Shown: one piece after another, positions 22,461-34,080 of the stretch | Numbering within the stretch: the first letter of the stretch is position 1 | Layout of the letters: each line of letters begins with the position of its first letter | Program-made: the position numbers and the translations under genes | The notes under the pieces: model-generated | Told to the model about the DNA's origin: nothing | The model's database searches: none | The model's input: the letters and a program-made list of their open reading frames with translations, nothing else | Source of the DNA: Octopus bimaculoides | Taxonomy: Eukaryota | Length of the DNA: 38,480 nucleotides | Assembly (NCBI RefSeq): GCF_001194135.2 | Contig: NC_068987.1 | Location: forward strand, 14,943,434-14,981,913 | Direction: 5' to 3'

Positions 22461-23399
22461 AACATTAGAACGTTTCAGCATTTATTTTTAGCAATATGGG
22501 TGTTCGAACACCCTAGTCATATTTGGTGACAATTATAGTTTTCCTTTTTGGAAACACACTGCATACGGCTGCCTATATTAATTAATTTTTATATGAACAA
22601 GCAAGAAAAACACGAAAAATCAACAACGCGAGGACGTTATTGGACGCTCAAGAATGGAAAGAAAAGAAAGAGGAAAACAGGACAAGTAGCCGAAAACCAC
22701 CCTTCATCAGTTGTCGGCTGTCTGTCTACTCCTCATTTCGAGCATTGAAAGACAATATGAATCTTCAAAGACAGTTGCTCCCATAAGTACCAAAATATAA
22801 TTTGGGATTTATGGAGGGTCAAAGGTGGAACAAAAACAGGACAGTGGAGACATACAAGCAGACCCAACAAAAACAAACATGGAGGGTTGTTAGACCAGAA
22901 CGAGGATAACATAGCGAACGCTAGAGAAATATTTTCTTTGACAAGAGAAAAGATAGAAAAGAGAAATAGGATACGCCCAGTCCTGTTTTCTCCCTCATCT
23001 TTTTCTCTAATTCCCTGCGACGGTTCAGTGCAGAGATGTGTAGTAATCTCACCCACTTTTACGCCATGGAAACCGGATTAAAATTCAGCCTTAAAAGTCT
23101 TGGTATAGCTAAGTCTACTTGGCTACTATTTTCTTCGTTGTTAGAGTTGACATGTTTTGGAATTTCACTGTATTTCCGTACCCAGCCAGCAAGCCGGACA
23201 ACTAGCTAGCCAACAGTGTGTCATGTATAAAAAGGATTCTCTAATTGCAATTTCTAGTCAATATGTTGTTTGTAAAGATATGTTCTGTTGTTTAACGAGA
23301 TTGTTGAGAAATTTTTCTTGCTGCTTGAATTTAATGTTTGCGAAATCTTACATGCAGTATTTGAAAATTGAGAATCTTTTGAAATATCTTTTCTATTAT

Positions 23400-23601
23400 G
23401 AGCAGAAAGCCTGAGATTTTGGAGTAGGAGGCGAGTGGATTAAATCGACCAGTGCTTAACTGGTACTCATTTTACCGATCCCGAAAGGTGAAAGATAAAG
23501 TCGACCTCGGCGGAATTTTAACTCAGAAAGTGAAGATGGCTGGATGAGATGCCGCGAAGCATTTTGTCAGTCGTGCTAACGTGTCTGTCAGCTTGTCATC
23601 T
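23400..23601 (-). mobile_element. SINE family B copy
   Basis: AAAGTCGACCTCGGCGGAATTTTAACTCAGAA core. Confidence 0.85.
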
Positions 23602-23939
23602 TAAAATCTCTTGAACTATAATAATTCTTTCTGTTAGTTTTGTTACTGTTGTTGTTTTACTGTTTTATGTTTGTTCTTTAATATGTTAGATTCAGTGTGG
23701 TAGAGTGTAACACCCTACCATAGCGTTGATTAAATTTTTGCTGTTAATGTAACATGTTCATCGTACACAAATCAGTCCTTACATCTTTCTGTTGGATAAT
23801 GAAAACAAAATGTGCATACTATGCCATACGAAACGTGGAGAATCCAAGAAAGTATTCCTACAGTAAAAGACGAATTGACTTGGTCCCCGTGTCTCGGGTA
23901 GGTAAATAAAGAAGGTAAAATTACCTTTTCGAGTCATGC

Positions 23940-24029
23940 TGATAGGATAAGTACTAGGCTTACAAAGAATAAGTCCTGGGGTCGATTTGTTCGATTGGCC
24001 GCAGTCAAATAACTGAAACAAATAAAAGA

Positions 24030-24030
<1 letters not shown>
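23940..24030 (+). mobile_element. SINE family C 3' fragment
   Basis: ATAAGTACTAGGCTTACAAAGAATAAGTCCTGGGGTCGATTTG...GGCCGCAGTCAAATAACTGAAAC. Confidence 0.75.
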
Positions 24031-24069
<39 letters not shown>

Positions 24070-24956
24070 CCAGACATACATCCTTGTGTGCGCGCGTGCA
24101 TGCATGTGTGCTCGTGTGCATGCATGTGTGCGCGTGTGCATGTGTGTGCTCGTGTAGTTTATTTAATCAAGTCTGACCGTAGGGGACCAGACCACAACTG
24201 CAATAATTCGATGCATCACTTCGCTTCACTTCATTTGAAGCAAATCTAATAAGAATAATACTAGTAAGGGTGCCATAAACTCCCTTTTGAGAAACATTAA
24301 AGACCTTAAAATTGCTTACCCCACTTCTCTCTCTCTATCTCTCGCTCTCGCTCTCCGTATATAGTATACTATCGTCTGCCAGCGCTGGCTATCGTCTGCC
24401 ATCACCCAATCTCCTGCACAATCGCTTGCCTTTCCTTGCTGTTGTTTACGAATGTCATACTCTGCTATCGCTTTCTTGCCTATCTCTAATGTTGGCTAAC
24501 AGCCATCTTTTTACGTCCTATAATCCAATTATTCTTCCTTATGTTTCTAGATTCCTCGAGACATTAGTTTTAATTATAATTTAATCTTTCCTCGTATACG
24601 TGGTCGCCGTCGTCGTCGACACCATCAGCGGCAGCTGCCGCAGGAGCCGCAGCGATCGCTGCAGTATCAGTAATTACATCGTCGTCGTTCAGTGTAGTTG
24701 TGGTCGTCGTTTATGATGATCATCAACAATATTAGCATTCTTTGTCATCTTTACTATTAACCCCACCATTACCATCACTATCACCACCACCACCACCACC
24801 ATAAGTAATACAACCATTATCGTCAATATAATCATCATAAAAATATTGCTATCGTCGTCGTCGTCATCATCATCATTATCATCATTGCTGCTATAACTCT
24901 CTTTGTGAGACCGCCACTTTTATTATAGATGTTGGACCGAACTTTTGCTCATCTTC

Positions 24957-25160
24957 CAGCCGGTGGACTGGCAGAATCATTGCAGCGTCCGTCAAAATGC
25001 TTGGCCCTATTTTTTCCAGCTATTTACGTTCTGAGTTCAAATCCTGTTCAGCTCAACTCTACTTTTCATTCGTCCGAGGTCTTTAAAATAAAATGCCAAT
25101 CAAGAAATGCCAGTCGATTTAATCGATTATCCTCCTCTCCCAAAAAATTCTTCAGGACAG
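24957..25160 (+). mobile_element. SINE family B copy, diverged
   Basis: CTGGCAGAATC head, TTTACGTTCTGAGTTCAAAT core. Confidence 0.75.
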
Positions 25161-25191
25161 TGGATTAGGAGAAGCAAGGAAGTGCTGGTGC

Positions 25192-25194
<3 letters not shown>

Positions 25195-25260
<66 letters not shown>
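25195..25260. repeat. (CT)n microsatellite
   Basis: Pure CT run. Confidence 0.98.
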
Positions 25261-25264
<4 letters not shown>

Positions 25265-25444
25265 CTGCTTCCTATTCACATCTTCGATGTTTCATAAGGT
25301 CAAAGATATACATATACATATTTACATCATCGCGTATCGACCCAGATTCCCGGGTATTGTTATACACTGCTGTTCACAATGCGCTTCCTCGGTGTAGCTT
25401 TCGAACGATAGCACTTCGTAAGTTCGGTGGGTAGGCCAACATTT

Positions 25445-25616
25445 CTCCTGAATAGAATGCCAGTCCGTCGCTGGGTTACCCATTTACAACATGAAATGTG
25501 CAACATGAAATGAAGTGTTTTACTCAAGAGCACAAAATGCTGCTTGGCCAGGGAATCGAACCTAGAAACTTGTGATCATGAGTGTAACACTCTAAGCACT
25601 AGGCCGCCGCGTTCAC
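25445..25616 (-). mobile_element. tRNA-derived SINE family D
   Basis: Matches 21262-21440. Confidence 0.75.
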
Positions 25617-25633
25617 ACACACACTCTCACACA

Positions 25634-25708
<75 letters not shown>

Positions 25709-25923
25709 CATAACTATATACACCTGCATATACATACACTTACACGCATATGTTTCTATGTACGTACATGTATGAATACATGCAAACACGCAAAGGTATT
25801 CTTATATTGAAAATTATTTATTAATGCTTCCAAACATAGTTACTGCTCGTTCCATGCATTTTGTTCAAAGTTGATTCACTTCTATCAATTCTTATATATT
25901 TTATTTTCATTTCTATATTACAG

Positions 25924-26522
25924 ACCCTGGAAAACTCCATGATGGTCCAAATGAACAGATCGCCATATTACTCAGGAGAAGCTATGGCGCTGCTCTTGAG
26001 CCGATTCGGCTACTATTGGGTTAGCTTTATTTATCAAGACACCTATTTGGAAGACGGATTCTACACTAGGTTTCTGGAAGAAGGAGGATTATACGGTATT
26101 AGAACGCAGATGAATGTAAGCGTTTCCCACGCCGATAATTGGATGATATTACAAGATAAACTGAAAAAAATTCAACAAAGTGCCTTCAAAATTGTTGTTA
26201 TACACTGCGACGTGTTCCTTATGAAGCGTGTGGTTCAAATAGGAAAACTCCTTAATCTTTTCTCGCACAATTATGCCTGGTTTTTATCTGATTTTGCCAC
26301 TGAACACAATCAATTGGCCGATTATAGTTTACCTGTCGGTCTTGTGGGTCTTGAGAGATCGAGGCCGTTCGGTTATGTAACGCAGTTGGAGAATATACTT
26401 CGGACTATAGTCCAGCATTTCCAGTCTGACGGTATATCAGATTTAGGATATCAGGAATTCTCGCTAAGTGACGTTGTAAATGATTCATATATTTTCAATA
26501 CCAGTTCTGTAAGATGGTCAAG
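25924..26522 (+). CDS. Internal coding exon (599 nt, phase 0 to phase 2): extracellular ANF-receptor/PBP type-1 domain, most like an iGluR/NMDA (GluN3-like) amino-terminal domain
   Basis: Pyrimidine tract plus TACAG acceptor (25923) and AAG|GTAAGA donor (26523); stop-free, non-repetitive frame; sequons NRS, NVS, NDS, NTS; motifs WVSFIY, KIVVIHCD, NYAWFLSD and LPVGLVG recall GluN3 ATD segments from memory. Subfamily is uncertain. Confidence 0.8.
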
Positions 26523-26999
26523 GTAAGAGGCATAAAGTTTAAAATTTCGATTGATCTATTGTGAAAATCTGTCAAATCTATCTTACTAAATTTCAAATAT
26601 AAATGTCATACAATTTGCAGGATGTACGCTGATACACATATGTATATACGCTGATGTACATATGCATATAAAACATGCACACAATATATGTTCATACGTT
26701 CACACAAAGACAAATCTGTGCATACACACATAAATACAGATGAACAGCGACTAATTGTGCAGTATATCTGGCTGCCAGCTTCTACAGACGTAATGAAACA
26801 AACTGGGATGAAAAAGAAATGTAAATTCAAACTGCAGCATTGCACTCCTTACGATTCACCACCACATGTAAGATGCTAATGAACAAATCTGCAGCACCAT
26901 TGAAATTACTCTAGATATTGACTGTAATATATATAAACTGAGGGGAAAAGCTTGATTCTAAACAAATTGAAATTGATGAGACCTAACAAGTTTGAAATA

Positions 27000-27053
<54 letters not shown>

Positions 27054-27217
27054 CTGTGTACTAAGAAGTCTGCTTCTCAACCACATGGTTCCGAGTTCAG
27101 TCTCACAACCTGGCATGTTGGGCAAGTGTCTTCTACTATATGTATGCATGTATGTATGTGTGTATGTATGTATGTATGTATGTATGTATGTATGTATGTA
27201 TGTATGTATGTATGTAT
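27000..27217 (+). mobile_element. SINE family C head/CORE-like part (27050-27140) between (TG)n and (TATG)n
   Basis: TGGCTGTGT..AAGAAG..TGCTTCTCAACCACATGGTTCCGAGTTCAG..GGGCAAGTGTCTTCTACTATA. Confidence 0.8.
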
Positions 27218-27897
27218 GGGTTTGGCTATTCAATGCTTTTGTCTGTTTACGCAGCTGGGCATGAGTTTGGAGATATTTGATTCTGAATTCAATCAGATCG
27301 ATTTACCGTTAGAGGCTTCCTTATAAGAAAGACTAGATTCCTGAAAGGTTAATATATGTTAATCAATGGATAAAGATTAACTAAACGCAGTGCAACAAGA
27401 ATTGAAATACAACTTTTAGGATAGGTAGTATACAGGCATCATATCGATTTAATTAACTGGGCTTCTCGTCACCAGACACTGGAAAGTTGTATACGGAAAC
27501 TGAATCAAAACTAAAAACAAAACAGAAAAAATATAATGCTCATAAAGACAAAATAACGGAAAGGCATAGACTAAAAACATTCCATGAATTGAAAATTTAT
27601 TAGGAAATATAAGTCAATTGAACTAAAATTACGTAGCAGGAATGTTTACATGTAATGTATACTATTCAGCATTCTTTTCATGTCGCTATAAAATCGATAT
27701 TTAAACATACACTGAAATCAATATGAAGGCGTGTTTAAAATTATTCACAAAAACTGTCCACTAGGAAGAGAGTGAAAACGAGGCTAGTAAACATCACATG
27801 TACGTTTTATAGATCATTTGTTGTAGCAAAATATCGTGTAAGAAAGTTCGACGGCCATTTGAAATATGTTCAAATATGTCTATGTATCTGCGTGTTT

Positions 27898-28112
27898 AGG
27901 GCGGTGAGCTGGTAAAATTGTTATCACGCCAGACAAAATGCTTAGCAGCATTTCGTTCGTTTTTATGTCCCGAGTTCAAATTCCGCCAAGGTCGACTTTA
28001 CGTTTCATTCTTTCGGAATTGATAAAATAAATACCATTTAAGCACTGGCGTTGATGTAATCGATGATCCCGCTTCCTTAAAACTTGCTGGCCTTGTGCCA
28101 AAATTGGAAAAC
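27898..28112 (+). mobile_element. SINE family B copy
   Basis: GGCGGTGAGCTGG head, GAGTTCAAATTCCGCCAAGGTCGACTTT core, GGCCTTGTGCCAAAATT tail. Confidence 0.88.
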
Positions 28113-28494
28113 AATAAGTATCTGCATGTACGTATATTTTGTTGTAAATTCTATCAGATCGATTTAACGTTTATAGGAACTCTTGGTAGATATCCTAGAT
28201 TCCTGAACAGGTAATGCATTCATCAATTGATAAATTATACATACACATATAGAGAGAAGCAATTTGCGGATAAACAAATTAGATATATTAAATATGATAT
28301 AATATAATAGTTTGAGTATGAAACAGAAATTATGTATATATGTATACATGAAAAACAAGAGAAAGTAAAAGATGGAGACTTTCAGACGATGTATATTTCG
28401 GTACAGATATATAGATATTTACATTAATAGATCGAACTTACACAGAAAACAATCGACAGGGGAAATTAAAGGGATGGAAGAAAGGTTTTATAAG

Positions 28495-28615
28495 TCCAAC
28501 AGCTGTTTCTAGGAGCTTGGAGATCCACGATAATGTTGGTAGATGTAGTTTATTTCAATATGCGGCCATAATGGATACAATCAACATAGCATAAGACGAG
28601 CCTCCGTCATCAGGG
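28495..28615 (-). ncRNA. Degenerate hammerhead-like motif with long stem II insert
   Basis: Minus strand CTGATGA (28613-28607) ... GAAAC followed by the palindrome AACAGCTGTT (28498-28507). Confidence 0.3.
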
Positions 28616-29108
28616 TAGAGAAGGTCTTACATTTCAGATTTTAATGCAGAGAAGTTCAAAGATGGAATGATTAAATATGGAATCGATCCTCTGTAAATAC
28701 TTTCGAGTCAAAGCTTGAATCTTTTTGGGCACTATTAAGTGTCTTCTACACTGACAATCTCTGACTCTCATCTGCGGGCAATACATACATACATACATAC
28801 ATACATACGTACATACGTTTTTGTGTTATTTTGTGTTTCATTGGAGCACTAGATTTTGTTAGTAAATGCTTAACGGAGTATCTGGATAAACCGGATCTGC
28901 AATCTGTGAGTGCAACAGTAAAAATATGGGAGACTTTTCTCAAGCTGCAAATGTGAATTTGTCTCTGTTAACTACATCCCAAAGATAGAGCCCTGTATCT
29001 TTGTTGGAAACCGGCTCCCTCCTCAGTGGAAGATTTATGACAATTAAAAAAAACAGAAGACACACACACATATATATATATATATAGACGTGCGTGTGCG
29101 TGCGTGTG

Positions 29109-29157
<49 letters not shown>

Positions 29158-29504
29158 ATGATTATATATATATATATATATTCGTGCGCAACGCACGTGT
29201 CTAAGTGAATCGGTGCAGGTTGAAAAGACATTTGCAAATGAAATTAAACTGGCTATTAAAATAAATACATAATACGGTCTCAATGAAATTTTGAAAAAGA
29301 AACCATTTAGGCTTTTACTGCTTATACACACTGTATTATTGAAAGATTGCATTAACAACGCGAAAGCACTCAGTTTGTTTGGTGAAACTCTGAATATTAG
29401 TGCTCGACTTAAACAAAATCGATAATAGATTTGAAATTTGAAAATACAGTGTTATTGATTGTTATTGAGTAGCAATAGTTACTTTCATATTGTAATTATT
29501 CTTT

Positions 29505-30770
29505 TCTACTCCAGGCACAACGCCCGAAATTTTGGGGGAGGGACCCAGTCGATTAGATCGACCCTAGTACGCAACTGCTACTTAATTTATCGATACCGAA
29601 AGGATGAAAGGCAAAGTCGACCTCAGAGGAATTTGAACTTAGAACGTAAAGACAGACGAGATACCTATTTCGTTATAGCCCACAAGGGGCTAAACATAGA
29701 GGGAACAAACAAGAACAGACGAACAGATTAAGTCGAATACATCGACCCCAGTGCGTAACTGGTACTTAATTTATCGACCCCGAAAGGATGAAAGGCAAAG
29801 TCGACCTCAGAGGAATTTGAACTTAGAACGTAAAGACAGACGAGATACCGNNNNNNNNNNNNNNNNNNNNNNNNNNNNNNNNNNNNNNNNNNNNNNNNNN
29901 NNNNNNNNNNNNNNNNNNNNNNNNNNNNNNNNNNNNNNNNNNNNNNNNNNNNNNNNNNNNNNNNNNNNNNNNNNNNNNNNNNNNNNNNNNNNNNNNNNNN
30001 NNNNNNNNNNNNNNNNNNNNNNNNNNNNNNNNNNNNNNNNNNNNNNNNNNNNNNNNNNNNNNNNNNNNNNNNNNNNNNNNNNNNNNNNNNNNNNNNNNNN
30101 NNNNNNNNNNNNNNNNNNNNNNNNNNNNNNNNNNNNNNNNNNNNNNNNNNNNNNNNNNNNNNNNNNNNNNNNNNNNNNNNNNNNNNNNNNNNNNNNNNNN
30201 NNNNNNNNNNNNNNNNNNNNNNNNNNNNNNNNNNNNNNNNNNNNNNNNNNNNNNNNNNNNNNNNNNNNNNNNNNNNNNNNNNNNNNNNNNNNNNNNNNNN
30301 NNNNNNNNNNNNNNNNNNNNNNNNNNNNNNNNNNNNNNNNNNNNNNNNNNNNNNNNNNNNNNNNNNNNNNNNNNNNNNNNNNNNNNNNNNNNNNNNNNNN
30401 NNNNNNNNNNNNNNNNNNNNNNNNNNNNNNNNNNNNNNNNNNNGCAACTGCTACTTAATTTATCGATACCGAAAGGATGAAAGGCAAAGTCGACCTCAGA
30501 GGAATTTGAACTTAGAACGTAAAGACAGACGAGATACCTATTTCGTTATAGCCCACAAGGGGCTAAACATAGAGGGAACAAACAAGAACAGACGAACAGA
30601 TTAAGTCGAATACATCGACCCCAGTGCGTAACTGGTACTTAATTTATCGACCCCGAAAGGATGAAAGGCAAAGTCGACCTCAGAGGAATTTGAACTTAGA
30701 ACGTAAAGACAGACGAGATACCGCTGAGCTTTTCACCCGGAGTGCTACCGTTTCTGCTAGCTCGCCACCT
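29505..30770 (-). mobile_element. Chimeric two-tailed SINE family B, duplicated across gap 29851-30443
   Basis: Two different tails with a 70-bp core duplication (29596-29665 = 29780-29849); 29571-29850 is identical to 30444-30723; head ends at ~30770. Confidence 0.9.
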
Positions 30771-30946
30771 TTATCTTATAGTAATTATTACGAAAGCATT
30801 TCTGTTCAAATTAATTATAATAGAGCAGAATAGAAATAAAAATCGTCCAGGGTTACAGCTATCATAAATTGATATAAAAAGACACACAAACTTGAAAATA
30901 AAATCAAGCTGCGTATTGAAATATGTAGTATATATGTATTTATATA

Positions 30947-31026
30947 CAGCAATCCCTCGACTATCGCGAGTATTACATTCTAAAACACACGTGATAGGTG
31001 AAAATCCGCGAAGTAGAAACAGTATT

Positions 31027-31069
<43 letters not shown>

Positions 31070-31201
31070 CTTTTATTATTATCTTTATAATTTGTATATT
31101 TGTATTCTATTATAAATGCAAAGCAATACCACAGAGGGAATCGACGTCAGCTTAAATCATAAACCGCGATAGGTGAACCGCGATATGGTGAGGGAATACT
31201 G
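30947..31201. mobile_element. Tigger/pogo-like MITE (255 bp), TA TSD
   Basis: TA|CAGCAATCCCTCGACTATCGCG ... CGCGATATGGTGAGGGAATACTG|TA; internal (TA)n. Confidence 0.85.
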
Positions 31202-31223
31202 TATATATATATGTGTGTGTGTG

Positions 31224-31472
31224 GTTGGCACTCCGTCGGTTATGACGTCGAGGGTTCCAGTTTATCCGATCAACGGAACAGCCTGCTCGTGAAATTAACG
31301 TGCAAGTGGCTGAGCACTCCACAGACACACACGTGTACCCTTAATGTAGTTCTCAGGGATATTCAGCGTGACACAGTGTGACAAGGCTGACCCTTTGAAT
31401 TACAGGCACAACAGAAACAGGAAGTAAGAGTGAGAGAAAGTTGTGGTGAAAGAATACAGCAGGGTTCGCGAC
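31224..31472 (-). mobile_element. SINE family A, head lost in gap
   Basis: Near-identical to 3012-3260. Confidence 0.92.
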
Positions 31473-31482
31473 NNNNNNNNNN

Positions 31483-31514
<32 letters not shown>

Positions 31515-31699
31515 ATACATAAACACATTATTTTATAGCGACATCTAGCCAACCAATCTACTCCACGCTGATAAACAGCAATAACACAGAAACCGGTCCG
31601 TGGATGTGAGGTTGTGCCGGGTGGAGGTACTGATTTTCCGTGTTCGAAAATATAAGGCCACAGAATTTTTTGTGTTGTATAGTCAGCTGGAAACTACGT

Positions 31700-31800
31700 T
31701 TCCTGGGGAAAGTACCAGTTGCGTACTGGGTCGATCTAATTGACTGGCGCACTCCCGCAAAAATTCGGGCCTTGTTCCTAGAGCAAAAAAGAATATTTAG
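31700..31800 (+). mobile_element. SINE family B 3' fragment
   Basis: AAGTACCAGTTGCGTACTGGGTCGATCTAAT...GGGCCTTGTTCCTAGAG. Confidence 0.8.
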
Positions 31801-32276
31801 CTTGGTTTTATTTTCAAGTGCCTCTTCGTTTTTCAATATGAACATCAGCTGCTCCTCTCCTCTCGAGCAGATTCGGTAGCATGTTGATGCTACAGGCTTC
31901 TATTGGCTGCGGTTTTCTCTGCTCCCATTCATCTAAATTATCTACGTATATGTATGTATGTATTATATATGTATGTATATATATGTATGCATCTATGCAT
32001 GTATGTATCTATGTATGTATGTACGAATGAATGAATGAATGTATAGGGCATATGTATGTTTATGCATTTATGTGTATGTGTGTGTATGTATATGTGTGTG
32101 TACGTCTATCAGCCTCTTTCCTGCCGGTTATTTTTTAACGGTATTTACATATGTCAATTATATATTGCTGCATTATTGCTCTAAACCTTATCTCTTTCAT
32201 TTTACCAAGTCCTTTGTTAATCGTATTGCCCAAAAGGAATATTTTCGTTATGCACACGAAATATTTATTTTTCTCA

Positions 32277-32279
<3 letters not shown>

Positions 32280-32326
<47 letters not shown>

Positions 32327-32397
32327 NNNNNNNNNNNNNNNNNNNNNNNNNNNNNNNGAGAGAGAGATATTTACACACATACACACACACACACACA

Positions 32398-32465
<68 letters not shown>

Positions 32466-32690
32466 TACACACACTTACACATATATCTATGTATATGCAT
32501 GCATATATTTATGCATATATATATGTATGTATATCTATGTATATCTATGTATATGTATGTTTATATATGTATGCATGTATGTATGTATGTATCTATCTAT
32601 GTATGTACGAATGAATGAATGTATAGGGCATATGTATGTTTATATATATGTGTGTATGTGTGTGTATGTATTTGTGTGTGTACGTCTATG
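32280..32690. repeat. TA/GA/CA/TATG compound microsatellite with gap 32327-32357
   Basis: Directly visible. Confidence 0.93.
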
Positions 32691-33900
32691 AGTTGGTGTG
32701 GAAAGGATAGATGGCAGGAAAGAAGAGAATAATTCATAAGATTTATAACCATCCTTCAACAAGACTCAGTTTTAGGCGTGAATTGTACGGTCCTATAAAC
32801 ATTTTCTAATCGGTTTTCTTGTGACATAGTAATTCAATTTCTGGCAGTGTGTGTATGCATTCGTGTGTTTCTAAGTGTCAGTGAGTGTGAGATAGATAGA
32901 GAGATAGAGAGAGAGAGAGAGAGGGGGGGGAGATAGAGAGGGTGTCTGGAATGGGGAAACAGACAGATACAGAATCCGTATATGTGTGTGGTTGTTTGTT
33001 TGTAATAGAATGTGTTTTCGTAGATACAATTTCATGAAGCATCATCAGTATGCACGTGTGTTTGTTTGAAGTGTGTTATGTTTGATGAGATCTCAACAAG
33101 CATGATAAACAATATTTACAGCTGTCTGAAATATGACAGTTTATGTAACGAGTGATTGAATTATACACGTTCGGTGCTCAATCACGCTGTATATTTTTAC
33201 AGTGTATTTTACAGAGCGATGCTTAAGACTTGATACACATCGAATTAGACACCAGTGAATCAATCAATCATTATTAATTCATAATGATTTCAACAGATGA
33301 TGTAAGTATATAACTGATGTTTGTACGGGCTACGAGAGACTCTCTAAGTAGTCACTGGACCTGTTTGAAATGGTGGTCAAATATACCACAAATTACGCTC
33401 TGTAGCACTGAAATGCGAAAATAACTGCATACATGTGTTTCTACATGCATAAATGTCAAAAAAGGACGGGATCCTGACCAGTTGAACATCAAATGACGCT
33501 CATGGCAGCGTCCTTGTAAGCTGTTTGAAGTATGAGAACTGTTTCGGCCCCCGTTTTACCCAAGCAGAAAACAGAATTTCACAGAAGCACGCTTCCCCTT
33601 CGTTTCAGTCATCGCAAAAATCGACGAACTGGGAAGAAGGACTGCAAAACAAAGACGTACCACACGGCGGTTTAGACCCTACAGGATGACGCCGGTCGGC
33701 AGACTGATGCCTGAGGATCGCATCAAGTAGGCTTCTTGCAGTGGAAGCCTGAACTACAATGGGCTTGTCCCACAGAGAACACTTCCGGTTGCATTTGGGT
33801 ACCCCCTCGTCAGTTTGCTGAGTTGCGGCTGACAAGGGTTTAAGTAACAACTACATCGATAACTAGTACTTCATTCATTCGCTGCACACTTTACAGATCA

Positions 33901-34080
33901 TATATGTGGGAACTGACTGTGTCCTGAAACGAGAACGTGAATGAAACTTATGAAGAAGCCTGCTAAATGCAAGGAAATGGTAAAGCAATGCAGAGACCAT
34001 GGCTGGCAGGCACGTTGCACAACTATTGAAGTGGGCTACCGAGATTACGTTGGACATTCATTCTGCAAAGCTCTAACAAT
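33901..34080 (+). pseudogene. Degraded C-terminal restriction-like endonuclease region of a Hero-like non-LTR retrotransposon
   Basis: WELTVS*NENVNETYE, frameshift, then KPAKCKEMVKQCRDHGWQARCTTIEVGYRDYVGHSFCKALT; matches the ELTVPWEE..E.HE.K..KY..L...C...GW.....PIEVG.RGF pattern. Confidence 0.7.

Noticed and set aside
24600-24895. GC-rich CpG-island-like or coding segment
   Set aside because: Composed of degenerate trinucleotide repeats (GTC, GCA, CAC, CAT).
28860-28970. Next receptor exon (TTAG acceptor in compatible phase, SKCLTEYLDKPDLQS, GTGAGT donor)
   Set aside because: Weak pyrimidine tract and no recognisable iGluR sequence; needs RNA-seq.
29571-30723. CRISPR-like repeat/spacer array
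   Set aside because: The units are SINE segments of 70-280 bp, there are no cas genes, the context is eukaryotic, and part of the repetition is likely an assembly artefact.
33546-33559. GGCCCCCGTTTTA matching the TIR of the 12538-13192 element
   Set aside because: Only 13 bp, with no partner TIR or TSD.
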